Under the pieces are notes generated by a model that worked only from the letters and a program-made list of their open reading frames with translations, had not been told where the DNA came from and made no database searches. Positions 20,234 to 30,983 of a stretch of DNA of 64,000 nt are shown piece after piece. The position numbers were made by a program, and so were the translations under genes. Position 1 is the stretch's first letter, and each line of letters begins with the position of its first letter. Source of the stretch: Methanothermococcus sp. Ax23 (GTDB lineage Archaea; AGJL01; Methanococci; Methanococcales; Methanococcaceae); NCBI RefSeq assembly GCF_049075655.1, contig NZ_CP157522.1, positions 544,001 through 608,000 on the forward strand, given 5' to 3'.

Positions 20234-21460
20234 TTATTCCATTTCTTTTATTCTTACTGCCAATCTCTTACCCATGTTGTAACATTTTTCCAATTCATCC
20301 TCTGTTGGAACATAGTACAATTCGTATTCATCCAATACATTGAATCCGCATGCTTCCAATTCTTTTGCAATCTTTTCAACTGCTCCTCCTTCTCCACCCA
20401 TTGAACCGAATGCAAGAGCAAGTCTTTTCAATCCTGTTCTGTTGAATTTTAAACCTTTTAAGTAGTATATCAAGTCTCCAATTGATGGGAATGGCTCATC
20501 ATATATTGTAGGTATTCCAAAGAGAACAGCTTTACTGTCAAGAATATCCTTAACAATTTCACTTCTTTCATCATGGTGGAGGAAATACATTGCAACATCT
20601 ACACCTTCGCTCATGAGACCTTCTGCAAATGCATGTGCCATTTTCTGTGTTGAGTAGTGCATTGTGTCATAAACGATTGTAGCTTTGTTTTTACATTTTC
20701 CTGTTGCAAAGTTCTGGTATGCTCCAATTACTTTCATTGGGTCTGTCCAAATTTGCCCGTGTGATGGTGCAATCATTTTTATTTTTTCCAATAATCCGAG
20801 CTCGATAACTTCATTGAATTTCTTCAATACAAGTTTTGATAATGGTGTAATTAAGTTTGCATAGAACTTCTGGTTTGCATCCATCAATATATTTTCTGGA
20901 ATTTCGTAGTCGTATCTCTGTGGGAAGCACAAGTGCTGACCAAATGCGTCGTTTGAGAATAAGATTCCTTCTTCTGCATAGAATGTGAACATACTGTCTG
21001 GCCAGTGCAATAATGGTGCTTCAAGGAATACCAATGTTTTCCCACCAATGTCTAATTTCTCCAATGATTTAACAACTTTAAACGGAGCTCCTTTCAAGGA
21101 TGGGAAGTGTTTTACTAATCCTTCAACTGCTACCTCAGTACAGTATATAGGAGCTTCTGGGAATTTTTTGTGGATTTCAGGTAGAGCTCCTGAGTGGTCT
21201 TTCTCAACGTGGTTTTGGACGATTATGTCTATTTTAAACTCTCTCCCTTCTTTTTCACATGCATCTTTTATTCTACCCCACATTTGAGCGGATGTTCCTG
21301 GGTATGTGTTGTCTATCAATACAGTTTTATCCTCCCCAAATATCAAGTATGCGTTGTATGTTGTTCCCTTTAATGTATATCCATGGTACATTCTAATGTC
21401 CCAGTCCATTACTCCTACCCAATATACTCCATCTGCTATTTTAAAAGCATCTGCTTTCAT
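20234..21460 (-). CDS. fprA: Flavodiiron protein (F420H2 oxidase)
   Basis: [25 protein letters not shown] and flavodoxin domain YDTMHYST. Confidence 0.93.
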   Translation of the reverse strand: MKADAFKIADGVYWVGVMDWDIRMYHGYTLKGTTYNAYLIFGEDKTVLIDNTYPGTSAQMWGRIKDACEKEGREFKIDIIVQNHVEKDHSGALPEIHKKFPEAPIYCTEVAVEGLVKHFPSLKGAPFKVVKSLEKLDIGGKTLVFLEAPLLHWPDSMFTFYAEEGILFSNDAFGQHLCFPQRYDYEIPENILMDANQKFYANLITPLSKLVLKKFNEVIELGLLEKIKMIAPSHGQIWTDPMKVIGAYQNFATGKCKNKATIVYDTMHYSTQKMAHAFAEGLMSEGVDVAMYFLHHDERSEIVKDILDSKAVLFGIPTIYDEPFPSIGDLIYYLKGLKFNRTGLKRLALAFGSMGGEGGAVEKIAKELEACGFNVLDEYELYYVPTEDELEKCYNMGKRLAVRIKEME

Positions 21461-21718
21461 TCTATCACCCTTTTGATTTACAAATATATTGTTTTTTTGA
21501 TGGTATATATATTTATCCATATTACGATATAATATAGTGCATTATTGAATATATTAATTTAACCGTGCGTATTTCGCCTAATTATCTGTATAGTATACGA
21601 ATTTCGAACAATCCCATATAATAATATAATTATTAAAAATAACTTTATTAAGTAAAATAAAAAATAAAAATAGTAAATTAACACTGCAATATGTTGCAGG
21701 ATTATATCTATAACCAAT

Positions 21719-22411
21719 TTAAGGTTTGAAATCAATGCCCTCTTTTCTACAAACACTTTTGCACTCAAAACATCGAACGCACTCCTTTTGGTTAATATTT
21801 TTAGTTAGCTTTATCTGCATTGGGCATTTTCTTTCGCACAACTTACATTTTACACAGTTATCATTTAGTTTTAATTTAAACAGAGATTTTATTGAAAGTA
21901 TCGATAATAATGCCCCAACGGGACAGAAGTATTTACAAAAAGCCCTAGGGATAAAAAATGAAACTATTGCAAATGCCACCAATACTGCCAATGAAATCAT
22001 ATTTCCAGATATTCCCTCCATTTCTGGCAAATAAACATTATATGGACTTAATCGAATATATGCAAGTATTACAAATAAAAATAATACGATATATTTTAAA
22101 TATATCAATTTATTGTGAATATTCTCTGGGAGCTCCGGAAGTTTTTTTAACTTAAACCATTTAACCCTCAGCATATAGCTGAGCTCGAATAGAAATCCCC
22201 ACGGGCACCACCAGCTACAAAATACCCTTCCAAAAATCAGTGTTAAGACAAGCACTACTATGGATATAACCATATAATTTTTTCCAATAGTTCCCGTAGT
22301 AATGAATGTATTTGCAATTCCTATAAATATTAAAAAGAAACTGCCTGATAGGATGAATTTTATAAAAAACGCTGTTTGAGATATTTTTCTTAATATTTGG
22401 AGCTTATCCAT
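21719..22411 (-). CDS. Membrane polyferredoxin (NapH/NosR-like 4Fe-4S binding protein)
   Basis: GRVFCSWWCPWG, RAFCKYFCPVG and two CxxCxxCxxxC motifs. Confidence 0.85.
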   Translation of the reverse strand: MDKLQILRKISQTAFFIKFILSGSFFLIFIGIANTFITTGTIGKNYMVISIVVLVLTLIFGRVFCSWWCPWGFLFELSYMLRVKWFKLKKLPELPENIHNKLIYLKYIVLFLFVILAYIRLSPYNVYLPEMEGISGNMISLAVLVAFAIVSFFIPRAFCKYFCPVGALLSILSIKSLFKLKLNDNCVKCKLCERKCPMQIKLTKNINQKECVRCFECKSVCRKEGIDFKP

Positions 22412-22466
22412 GGTTTCACCAAAAATATATTTAAAATGTTAAAGGAATTTATTATAAAAAAATTTA

Positions 22467-23264
22467 TTATAGGGAGCTCTGCCCAAAAATTCCACATCTT
22501 CCGCAAAACTTATTTTTGCATTTATACGGCAAAAGTGCTTTTTTTACGGCATCTAATGCAATATAACCTGCTTCGTGAAGCATGGTGTCTTCCAGTTCCT
22601 TATCATATTCCATACTTCCCAAACATGGATAGTTGTGGTGAGCATTTGCTATCTCGTCCTTTAATTCGTTTATGATTTTTCCCTTAATCCTTTTGGATAT
22701 ATAGTGGGTTTCACCACATGGTGCCGATATAATCACCTTAACATCGTCTATTTTATGCCCATCTGATGATTTAATTTCAACCTGTGGAAATCCTATTTTA
22801 AAGTAATTTATAAACTCATTTAAGACCTTTCTCTTATGCCTCTTTTTTAAAGCACAGAATGGCTTTGGATTTTCAAAGTCCATTCCATTTTTTTCGCACA
22901 TTTCCTTTAAGCTGTTCCTCATGGCAATTGATAAATCAGATGGTGTTTCTGATGGCACTATTAATAACTTATAGTTTTTTTCTGCCAAAATGTTTGGGAG
23001 CTCATACAGTAAATCTTCATGAAGTTGAGCAATCGCCACATCACCCTCCGGGAGCTCAGGTATGTAATCGGAAGCATCCTCTATAAATTCATCCTCATCA
23101 ACGGCGTCCAAAACTACCGCCTTTACATCATCTTTATAAGTCCAATCCCCTCGACAGTTATAACAATCTTCACAGATTCTACAAAAATCTGGCTCATTCA
23201 GTAGGTTTTTATAAAATTTCTCCATTCTCTGGTTTCCTTTATGATATATAAATGTAGCTTTCAT
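22467..23264 (-). CDS. DUF166-family protein
   Basis: CxxCxxCxxC N-terminus, PKPFCAL, SAPCG, HHNYPCLGSM and LHEAG. Confidence 0.75.
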   Translation of the reverse strand: MKATFIYHKGNQRMEKFYKNLLNEPDFCRICEDCYNCRGDWTYKDDVKAVVLDAVDEDEFIEDASDYIPELPEGDVAIAQLHEDLLYELPNILAEKNYKLLIVPSETPSDLSIAMRNSLKEMCEKNGMDFENPKPFCALKKRHKRKVLNEFINYFKIGFPQVEIKSSDGHKIDDVKVIISAPCGETHYISKRIKGKIINELKDEIANAHHNYPCLGSMEYDKELEDTMLHEAGYIALDAVKKALLPYKCKNKFCGRCGIFGQSSL

Positions 23265-23458
23265 AATATCACCTAATAGTGAGTGAGCTACAAAATCCGT
23301 AGGATTTAGCTCAAATCACTTTAAAAAAGTTTATTTCTATATATTTTAATTGGTATTCAATACATAAAAACATTTTTGACTATTGCTTTAAAAAATAGGA
23401 CATAATTTTTATTAAAAAATTTATAATTTTTATTATTTTTATTTTCATTAAATTTTTA

Positions 23459-23896
23459 TTATTTTAAACTATTGGCGAGCTCATTTACCTTGCTCTCAAT
23501 CTCATCTCTTACCTTCCTATAAAATTCAATGTCTTTATCTGCTGGGTCTTCAATATTCCAGGCAATGTGTTTTTTAGCTGGAATCGGAGTGAGCGAAGCG
23601 AACGGAGAGCTACAAAAATCACTTTGTGATTTTTGTTCAACAAAAGGGCAGGCTCCTAAACATCCCATAGTAACTACAATATCGAAGTTCCCCACTTCTT
23701 TAACCACTTCATCTATTGTCTGCGGTTTTTCTTTAATTTTTAAGTTTTTCTCACTCATCACTTTAAAAACCATCTCATCAATATTTTCAGTTTTTTCCAC
23801 TCCTGCACTGTATGCATCAAGTCCGAATTTTCTTCCAAATGCCTCAGCCATGACGCTTCTTCTTTTGTTGTGTATGCAAACAAATAAAATTTTCAT
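23459..23896 (-). CDS. arsC: Arsenate reductase/LMW-PTP family protein with in-frame repeat insertion
   Basis: P-loop CIHNKRRS, TMGC..ACP and W.IEDP motifs. Confidence 0.8.
   Translation of the reverse strand: MKILFVCIHNKRRSVMAEAFGRKFGLDAYSAGVEKTENIDEMVFKVMSEKNLKIKEKPQTIDEVVKEVGNFDIVVTMGCLGACPFVEQKSQSDFCSSPFASLTPIPAKKHIAWNIEDPADKDIEFYRKVRDEIESKVNELANSLK
23585..23641. repeat. Palindromic repeat unit inserted in frame in arsC (57 bp)
   Basis: GAGCGAAGCG..GGAGAGCT followed by ACAAAAATCAC-TTT-GTGATTTTTGT, nearly the same as 6752-6793. Confidence 0.85.
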
Positions 23897-23918
23897 ATTA
23901 TCACAAACTTCTTATTTA

Positions 23919-24509
23919 TTATTTAACTGGCTCTATTTTAAAATAGCAGGCGTCTGCCCCCTGTGCCATGCACCTTATTTCATCCACCACCACAGTTTTA
24001 TTTAGTATGCATTCGTAGGCACCAGCAAGGACTCCTGCATCAAAATAACATATGGGTTCATTGGATTCCAAACCATCGCACAATGCACAGTCATTTACTT
24101 TTATAATAATAGGATTTTTACTTTCAATTTTCAATACTCCCAAGTTATTTTTTCTGAAAAATTTTTTCAATTCCATATAATTTTTTGGATTAATATGCCG
24201 TCCAAACTCATATCCAATATCGTATAATGTAATCTCAGAGTTTAACTCTTTAATTTTTTTCATCATAATCATAATCATAAGTCGGAATATTTCCAATGGA
24301 ACATATTCTTTAATATTTCTATTTGTATATTTGCTTTCAATAAATGTGTATTTTTCTTTGTCGTATCCCTTTTTTAAATGCTCAACAGATTCCTTTATGA
24401 GCTCATCATCATTTGAAAGATAAATACCTCCCTTTGTCGCGTCATCATCATTCTTCCCCAATATTGTAAGGAAGTCCTCCATATTTTTTGTTTTTAACTC
24501 CATTTTCAT
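23919..24509 (-). CDS. V4R domain protein
   Basis: DCALC...PICYFDAG...EIRCMAQGADACYF. Confidence 0.85.
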   Translation of the reverse strand: MKMELKTKNMEDFLTILGKNDDDATKGGIYLSNDDELIKESVEHLKKGYDKEKYTFIESKYTNRNIKEYVPLEIFRLMIMIMMKKIKELNSEITLYDIGYEFGRHINPKNYMELKKFFRKNNLGVLKIESKNPIIIKVNDCALCDGLESNEPICYFDAGVLAGAYECILNKTVVVDEIRCMAQGADACYFKIEPVK

Positions 24510-24660
24510 GTTATCTCTTCAAATACTTTTTTATATATTTATATTTATTACATATAACTTACATATAATGATAATGGTGCGAATAACGGTAAAATACACT
24601 AAAAAAGAGACGAAAAACGGAAGAATGAAGAGTTAATGAATTAAAAGAAAATAATATTAT

Positions 24661-25416
24661 TTATAATCTGTAAAATTCCTTTGCATTTTTATAGGTGGAG
24701 CTCACTATTTTATCATCTTCAACTCCAATTTTTTTCATGCATAATTTTGTTCTAGGCAAGGCATAAACGTCTGCCTTTAAACTTCCCAAATCACTGCTTA
24801 GGATGAATTTTTTATTATAATTTTTTATTATTTCTGATGCTTCCATAGGGCTTATTTTCATAGGTTGTTGCACTGTTAAACCAATATAAACATCCCTATC
24901 TATTAAATCCACAGTATCCTTATTGATGTGGTCAATCATTACCAAATTATCCTTTATTTTCACTTCATCCAAAATTTTTAAAATTTCGAGTAATGCCTCT
25001 TTCTTATTCTTTTCAGGAGTATGGACGATTATGGGCATGTTGTAATCCTTTGCTAAATACAACTGCTCTTTTAAAAGTTTCTTCTCATCATCGGTTAAAT
25101 AATGTAATCCAGTTTCCCCAATAGCTACAACATTTTCATTGTCTAAAAACTCTGGAAGTTTTTTTATAAGGAGCTCCCAATTTTTAGGGTATCCCATAGG
25201 GTGAGCTCCCACTGCAACCTTAACATCAACTCCTACCATTTTCCCTCTTTTAGTCTCTAAGTTAATCAACCTATCCCAATGGTCTAAACAAACTTCTGGA
25301 ACGCTCATTTTATATGGGTCATGGGCACATGTGATTATTGTTTCAATTCCACATAATGCCATTTTCTCCAAATCTTCAAAACTTCTTACATCCAAATGAG
25401 TATGGGCATCTATCAT
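24661..25416 (-). CDS. TatD-family metallohydrolase
   Basis: IDAHTH, GAHP, AIGETG, VHTP, IDH and SSD motifs. Confidence 0.88.
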   Translation of the reverse strand: MIDAHTHLDVRSFEDLEKMALCGIETIITCAHDPYKMSVPEVCLDHWDRLINLETKRGKMVGVDVKVAVGAHPMGYPKNWELLIKKLPEFLDNENVVAIGETGLHYLTDDEKKLLKEQLYLAKDYNMPIIVHTPEKNKKEALLEILKILDEVKIKDNLVMIDHINKDTVDLIDRDVYIGLTVQQPMKISPMEASEIIKNYNKKFILSSDLGSLKADVYALPRTKLCMKKIGVEDDKIVSSTYKNAKEFYRL

Positions 25417-25537
25417 AAAACCACCTTAAATAATTTAAATATGATTAAATATGATTTTTTAAAATAAAAACTTAATGAATATAATTTAATAATTAATAAA
25501 ATTTATAAAAAACATATAAAAAACTAAAAAAAATAAA

Positions 25538-25885
25538 TTATTTTGTTAAATAATAGTAAAATTTCTCATCATCTGCAAGGCAGTGGATTGTTGCCTGCCT
25601 AATTCCAAAGTTTGTTCCTACCTTTTTTACAAACATCTTTTCTATATCGATAGTTTCTTTTAAAATTTCTACAATATCCCCCTCGGTGTTTATGTTTATT
25701 GTTGGTTTCTCATTGTAGTATATTATATATTTTTCATACAAGAGCTCCGCACCCTCCATCTGAACCTTTGAAAAATCATTTAATAGTTCATTGTTATATT
25801 GCTCGATTGAGCATAATTTGGCAATTATTGATAGTTTCATTTTATTCGATATTATTTTTACCACATTTTCTTTTAAATGTTCCAT
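25538..25885 (-). CDS. Hypothetical protein
   Basis: 115-aa ORF with GGTGA RBS, last gene of the sulfur-relay run. Confidence 0.7.
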   Translation of the reverse strand: MEHLKENVVKIISNKMKLSIIAKLCSIEQYNNELLNDFSKVQMEGAELLYEKYIIYYNEKPTININTEGDIVEILKETIDIEKMFVKKVGTNFGIRQATIHCLADDEKFYYYLTK

Positions 25886-25893
25886 TATTTCAC

Positions 25894-26256
25894 CTAAAAA
25901 GTAATCACATCTTCATATTCGTTTAAAATATCTTTTAATTTTTTGTAGCTCACTAACTCAACACCATCCAATATGTCGTCAGCATTTAATTCCCTATCCT
26001 TTAAACACTCCTCGATGCAGTATATTTTGCATCCAAAAGCACTTAAATTATTTATTACATCCACAATTGAAGGCATTCTCAATTCCTCTGGTTTTTGCCC
26101 AGATTTAGCATTATAAACCCCGTCATGAATTAAAATGACATCAGATTTTTCAATAATTCCACTGGCAATTTGGGACAGTGCAAACATCATGCCGGCGAAG
26201 GAATCTTCACTTCCATAAGGTGGCTTTAATATTATCGTAATAAGTGATTTAACCAT
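25894..26256 (-). CDS. DsrE/DsrF (TusC-like) protein
   Basis: PPYGSE and DGVY motifs. Confidence 0.8.
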   Translation of the reverse strand: MVKSLITIILKPPYGSEDSFAGMMFALSQIASGIIEKSDVILIHDGVYNAKSGQKPEELRMPSIVDVINNLSAFGCKIYCIEECLKDRELNADDILDGVELVSYKKLKDILNEYEDVITF

Positions 26257-26260
26257 TATT

Positions 26261-26617
26261 TCACCTTGTAAGCGTAATTACTCTATCACTATCTGCTATA
26301 TACTTTGAAAGGTCATTAGTTAAGCTTCCAATTTTACATCCTTCAATAACATCTTCTTCATAAATTCCTCTTGCATTTGCACATGTGCTACATGCCGCCA
26401 CATTCATGCCTTTGTCCATTAAATCTTTAATCATGTTTCCAAGGTTTGGGAATCTCTTTGGAGCTTGTTCATCTATTATTGCAGTGATTCCCTCACCATA
26501 GAAAAACATATTTACCTTATGTCCTTTCTTTAATGCGGATTCTGCCAGTTTTACGGCAAAATTACCATCCATATTCATCATGGCACCAGATTTTAAAATA
26601 ATAGTTAAAGTTTTCAT
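26261..26617 (-). CDS. DsrE (TusD-like) sulfurtransferase
   Basis: FFYGEG and ACSTCANARG with the conserved Cys. Confidence 0.82.
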   Translation of the reverse strand: MKTLTIILKSGAMMNMDGNFAVKLAESALKKGHKVNMFFYGEGITAIIDEQAPKRFPNLGNMIKDLMDKGMNVAACSTCANARGIYEEDVIEGCKIGSLTNDLSKYIADSDRVITLTR

Positions 26618-26626
26618 AAACCCACC

Positions 26627-26914
26627 TTAAAGAGTAATCACTTGGTTGTATTTTTCCATAATCAAATCCACCGCTGTATCATAGTCAATAAGTTTTGTTT
26701 CTTCGATATTTTCAAACCCTCTTGCATGTGCGTCATCCTGCATTGCATATATTTTATAACCGAGCTCCCTAAGTTTGTTCCTCATGCTTGAAGTTGTGGC
26801 ATAATATATCCCATCTTCTGCAAGAAGAACTCCGTCGTTGCCATCTTTTAATTTTTCCATTACTTCAATGGCATTACACTCAAAAGGAGATTTTAAAAGA
26901 ATAAATAGCGTCAT
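26627..26914 (-). CDS. DsrH/TusB-like protein
   Basis: KSPF, LLAEDGIY, DAHARG and IDY motifs. Confidence 0.82.
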   Translation of the reverse strand: MTLFILLKSPFECNAIEVMEKLKDGNDGVLLAEDGIYYATTSSMRNKLRELGYKIYAMQDDAHARGFENIEETKLIDYDTAVDLIMEKYNQVITL

Positions 26915-26918
26915 TAAA

Positions 26919-27335
26919 TCACCCTATGAAAAGCTGAACTTTTGCATCCATTGCAAGGTCTATAAATTTTGTAGCCCCGACTATTTCCACTCCATCAATT
27001 AAATCCTCTTCTTTTACTCCCATTATACTCATGGATGTGCTACATGCGTAAAGCTTAGCACCTAAATCAATAGCCTGCTGTCGAGATTCCTCAAATCCAC
27101 CAATATTCTGCTTTTTCATTTTCTTTTCCATCATCTTTACTCCCAAACTTCCAAATAATCTATATATTCCCGGAAGTTTAGGCTTAGCATTCTTCTTTAA
27201 TATTTCAAGTCCAAAAAATGTAAAGAATATATGCACCTCCATCCCCATGGACGCACCTATGGTTCCAAGAATAAATGCCATCATAGCTTTATCAAAAGTG
27301 CCTTCTGAAACCACAAGTGCCATCTTATCAGCCAT
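26919..27335 (-). CDS. DsrE2/YrkE-like sulfur carrier
   Basis: IFFTFFGL, YACSTSM and VGATKF...LFI motifs. Confidence 0.85.
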   Translation of the reverse strand: MADKMALVVSEGTFDKAMMAFILGTIGASMGMEVHIFFTFFGLEILKKNAKPKLPGIYRLFGSLGVKMMEKKMKKQNIGGFEESRQQAIDLGAKLYACSTSMSIMGVKEEDLIDGVEIVGATKFIDLAMDAKVQLFIG

Positions 27336-27397
27336 AATATCACCAAATAATAGATAAAAAAATAAAATAAAAAATAATAGTAATAGACATTAAGACA

Positions 27398-27616
27398 TTA
27401 TTTTTTCTTAATTTTGAATGTCAAAACCCCATTTTCTTCGGTCATTTCAAGTAATTCATTTCCTGTTCTATTGCACCATGCTGGAACATCTTCTTTTGCT
27501 CCAACATCATCAGCTATGAGCTCTAAAATCTCCCCTTCTTTTAACTCCTTCATTTTCTTAGCGAGCTCTACAATAGGCATAGGGCATTGTAGTCCTCTCG
27601 CATCCAATGTAGCCAT
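27398..27616 (-). CDS. tusA: TusA-family sulfurtransferase
   Basis: LDARGLQCPMP motif. Confidence 0.9.
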   Translation of the reverse strand: MATLDARGLQCPMPIVELAKKMKELKEGEILELIADDVGAKEDVPAWCNRTGNELLEMTEENGVLTFKIKKK

Positions 27617-27652
27617 ATTTACACCTTTCAATATTTAATTAATTAAAGATAA

Positions 27653-27844
27653 TTAAAATTTAACCTTTACAGCCCCTGTTGGACATACATCTTCACAAAC
27701 TCCGCAACCTGTGCATTCATCTTCATGAGCTACAACAACTTTTTCTCCATCTACTTCAAAAACTTCCATAGGGCAGTTTTTTTCACATTCTCCACATTCT
27801 TTTGCTCCTTTACATATATCGTAGTTAATTGTTACGCTTGCCAT
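27653..27844 (-). CDS. 2x[4Fe-4S] ferredoxin
   Basis: CKGAKECGECEKNCP and CTGCGVCEDVCP. Confidence 0.9.
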   Translation of the reverse strand: MASVTINYDICKGAKECGECEKNCPMEVFEVDGEKVVVAHEDECTGCGVCEDVCPTGAVKVKF

Positions 27845-27921
27845 TTTAATCACCACCATATTTAAGTTATTATTATTTTATTTATTTACTTCATTTATTT
27901 TTTATTTTATTATATTTTAAG

Positions 27922-28275
27922 TTATTCGTTAATTTTAATCGGTTCTTCTGGACCGCCTATTTTTGAAGGATGTGGTGCTTTAATTACAAAGAATTCAAGA
28001 ACATCGCATGTTAAATTTTGAGCAATCATCTTTGTATTGAACGGCAAATGAATTATTGTTCCAGCAGGATATACTTTTGGCTCTTGGCCTTCCAAAGTTA
28101 ATGTCATCTCTCCCTTTACAACTATTAAATGAACCTTTGAGTTTGTAAAGTGCTTAGGTGTGCCTTCTCCTTTTGGAAATATCATATGAATAATTTGAAC
28201 TTCGTCGGTATTAACTATTTTTTCCACAACCTTTGAATCAGATTCAGTTGTAAAATTATATACTGTTTCTATCAT
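27922..28275 (-). CDS. Cupin-domain protein
   Basis: PKGEGTPKHFTNS and VIKAP, typical of hcp-adjacent cupins. Confidence 0.8.
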   Translation of the reverse strand: MIETVYNFTTESDSKVVEKIVNTDEVQIIHMIFPKGEGTPKHFTNSKVHLIVVKGEMTLTLEGQEPKVYPAGTIIHLPFNTKMIAQNLTCDVLEFFVIKAPHPSKIGGPEEPIKINE

Positions 28276-28352
28276 AATATCACCTTAAAAAAATAAAAGA
28301 TAGTTGGTAGTTAATTATTTACTAGCTAATTACTTATTTCTCATTTTCGCAA

Positions 28353-30074
28353 TTATTTGTTTATCAATCTTTCAATGTCTTCTTCCACTGTTGAGATTAC
28401 TCCTATTCCAAAGTTATCCACAAGAACCTTTGCAACATTTGGTGATAAGAATGCTGGCAATGTAGGTCCAAGAACTATGTTCTTTACACCTAAGTAAAGC
28501 AATGCAAGCAATACAGCAACAGCTTTCTGTTCATACCATGCTACATTGTATGCTATTGGCAAGTCGTTTATGTCTTCCAATTCGAATACTTCTTTTAATT
28601 TAAGAGCAATTACTGCCAGTGAATAACAGTCGTTGCACTGTCCAGCGTCTAATACTCTTGGTATTCCGCCAATGTCTCCTAAATCCAATTTAATGTATCT
28701 GTATTTTGCACATCCTGCTGTAAGGATTACTGTGTCTTTTGGCAATGCCTTAGCAAATTCTGTGTAATACTCCCTGCTTTTATGTCTTCCATCACATCCA
28801 GCCATTACAACGAATTTTCTTATAGCTCCTGACTTCACAGCTTCAACAACTTTATCAGCTAACGCCAATACTTGGTTGTGTGCAAAACCACCTACGATTT
28901 TACCTGTTTCAAGCTGTTTTGGTGGAGCACATTTTTTAGCATGCTCGATTACTTCTGAGAAGTCCTTATTTCCATTTTCATCTTCTGGGATTCTTTTAAG
29001 TCCTGGGAATGCAACGCATCCTGTTGTATATACTCTGTCCTTGTAGCTGTCTTTTGGTGGAACAAGACAGTTTGTTGTCATTACAATAGGTCCATTGAAT
29101 GCTTCAAATTCTGTTACCTGTGTTGCCCATGAACCTCCGTAGTTTCCTACGAAGTGGTCGTATTTTTTAAATGCTGGGTAGTAATGAGCTGGCAACATTT
29201 CGCTGTGTGTATATACATCTACACCAGTTCCTTTTGTTTGCTCTAAGAGCTGCTCTAAATCTTTCAAATCGTGCCCACTTATTAATATACCAGGATTGTT
29301 TCTAACCCCGATATCTACCTCAGTTATTTCAGGGTGCCCGTAGGTTTCAGTGTTTGCTTTATCCAATAAAGCCATTGTATCTACTGCATACTTACCAGTT
29401 TCAAGTGCAAGAGCTGTTAAGTCATCAGCTGATAAGCTGTCATCCATTGTAGCAACAAGTGCCTTTTTTATGAATTTATGGACATTTTCATCAGTGTATC
29501 CCAATACCATAGCATGATGCATGTATGCCCCTATACCTTTAATTCCATAGGTTATTAATTCCCTTAAAGACCTTACATCTTCATTTTCTGTTGCTTGGAT
29601 GGACACTTCTTTTGAGTTTGCCTTTGCAATTATATCGTCGTCATTTTCTGGCATCCATGTTGCATAATCAGGGAGCTCATCACAACATCCTGAACATGTG
29701 CATTCTGACTTTAATTTTTCTCTAAGTTCTAAACCTTTTTTAATTTTCTTTATTATGTCTTCATCGTCGAAATTCACATTTGTAACTGTTGTGAAAAGTG
29801 CATCTACAATATATTTATCTATTTCTTCGCTGGATTTTCCAGTTTTTTCACTTACATATGCCAAACCTTTTACTGTATATATTAAAAGGTCTTGAAGATT
29901 TGCCACATTGTCCTTTTTGCCACATACCCCCATTGTTGTGCATCCAGTGTTCCTTGCAGTTTCCTGGCACTGGTAGCAGAACATTTTTGTTGGTCTTGTA
30001 TTGTTTGATTCCATAGTTTTACCCTCCAATATTTTATCTACAATTGATTTTATTTTATTTTGTATATTATTCAT
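28353..30074 (-). CDS. hcp: Hybrid cluster protein (hydroxylamine/NO reductase)
   Basis: MFCYQCQET...GCT..GVCGK, SGHDL, HSEM, TTNC, GCDG, GQCND and WYEQKA. Confidence 0.97.
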   Translation of the reverse strand: MNNIQNKIKSIVDKILEGKTMESNNTRPTKMFCYQCQETARNTGCTTMGVCGKKDNVANLQDLLIYTVKGLAYVSEKTGKSSEEIDKYIVDALFTTVTNVNFDDEDIIKKIKKGLELREKLKSECTCSGCCDELPDYATWMPENDDDIIAKANSKEVSIQATENEDVRSLRELITYGIKGIGAYMHHAMVLGYTDENVHKFIKKALVATMDDSLSADDLTALALETGKYAVDTMALLDKANTETYGHPEITEVDIGVRNNPGILISGHDLKDLEQLLEQTKGTGVDVYTHSEMLPAHYYPAFKKYDHFVGNYGGSWATQVTEFEAFNGPIVMTTNCLVPPKDSYKDRVYTTGCVAFPGLKRIPEDENGNKDFSEVIEHAKKCAPPKQLETGKIVGGFAHNQVLALADKVVEAVKSGAIRKFVVMAGCDGRHKSREYYTEFAKALPKDTVILTAGCAKYRYIKLDLGDIGGIPRVLDAGQCNDCYSLAVIALKLKEVFELEDINDLPIAYNVAWYEQKAVAVLLALLYLGVKNIVLGPTLPAFLSPNVAKVLVDNFGIGVISTVEEDIERLINK

Positions 30075-30201
30075 ATTTTCACCTATGCAGTTAATATTTA
30101 TTTCTTTTAATATATATAATCATTATTGTTAAAAAATCGTTAATTTTTAATATAATTATTATTATTTTTATTACTATTTTTATGATAAAGTATTATTATA
30201 T

Positions 30202-30912
30202 TTAGTTTAGTAATTTACCATCAATTGATACAACACGTTTGTTTATTTCGCAGTCGATTCCATCAAGTGCCTTCTTCACTAAATTATACATTGCTGAACA
30301 GCAGGGAACGCTCATAATTACAACATCTACTTTCTTTATGCCGTTTAATTTGACTATTGCCCTTATTTTTTCGGCATATCCTGAAATATCATCCAATTTT
30401 GGGCATCCAATCGCCACAACTTTTCCCTTTAAGAATTTTTTGTGGAAATTTGCGTATGCGAATGGAACACAGTCCGCCACTATTGCCAATTCAGCATTTT
30501 TGAAGTAGGGTGCCATCGGATTTAGAAGGTGAAGCTGAACAGGCCAGTTTATTAGTTCTGAGCTCAGTTCAATATCATCATCTTCATGCCCAACATCTGC
30601 CTCTCTATTAAAGGTTCTTGCTACTGAGCTCGGACATGAATGACCTGCATGACTGCCACATCCACCTTTCTTTTCACCCTCATTTATCTCAACTTCTTCT
30701 TTTATTATATTCAAGGCATCAACAGGACATACATCCAAACAGGAGCCCACTCCATCGCAGTAGATTTCTTTATCCTTATTCACCTTTACCTTCCCCGTTT
30801 CCTCGTCAGGAATTAGGATATTTTCCTCGCAGGCATCAATACATAGCCCGCATTTCTCATATCCTATACATTTGTCCTGGATTACCTCAACTTTATATTT
30901 GGTTATTTTCAT
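30202..30912 (-). CDS. Fe-S cluster protein (hcp-associated)
   Basis: Ferredoxin N-terminus; NWPVQLHL, ADC, GCPKLD and VPCC motifs. Confidence 0.85.
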   Translation of the reverse strand: MKITKYKVEVIQDKCIGYEKCGLCIDACEENILIPDEETGKVKVNKDKEIYCDGVGSCLDVCPVDALNIIKEEVEINEGEKKGGCGSHAGHSCPSSVARTFNREADVGHEDDDIELSSELINWPVQLHLLNPMAPYFKNAELAIVADCVPFAYANFHKKFLKGKVVAIGCPKLDDISGYAEKIRAIVKLNGIKKVDVVIMSVPCCSAMYNLVKKALDGIDCEINKRVVSIDGKLLN

Positions 30913-30983
30913 AATATCACATTGCATAAATTTTATTTTTTAAATTTCACAATATTAAAGGTGTATTTAATAGTATAAAAAGA

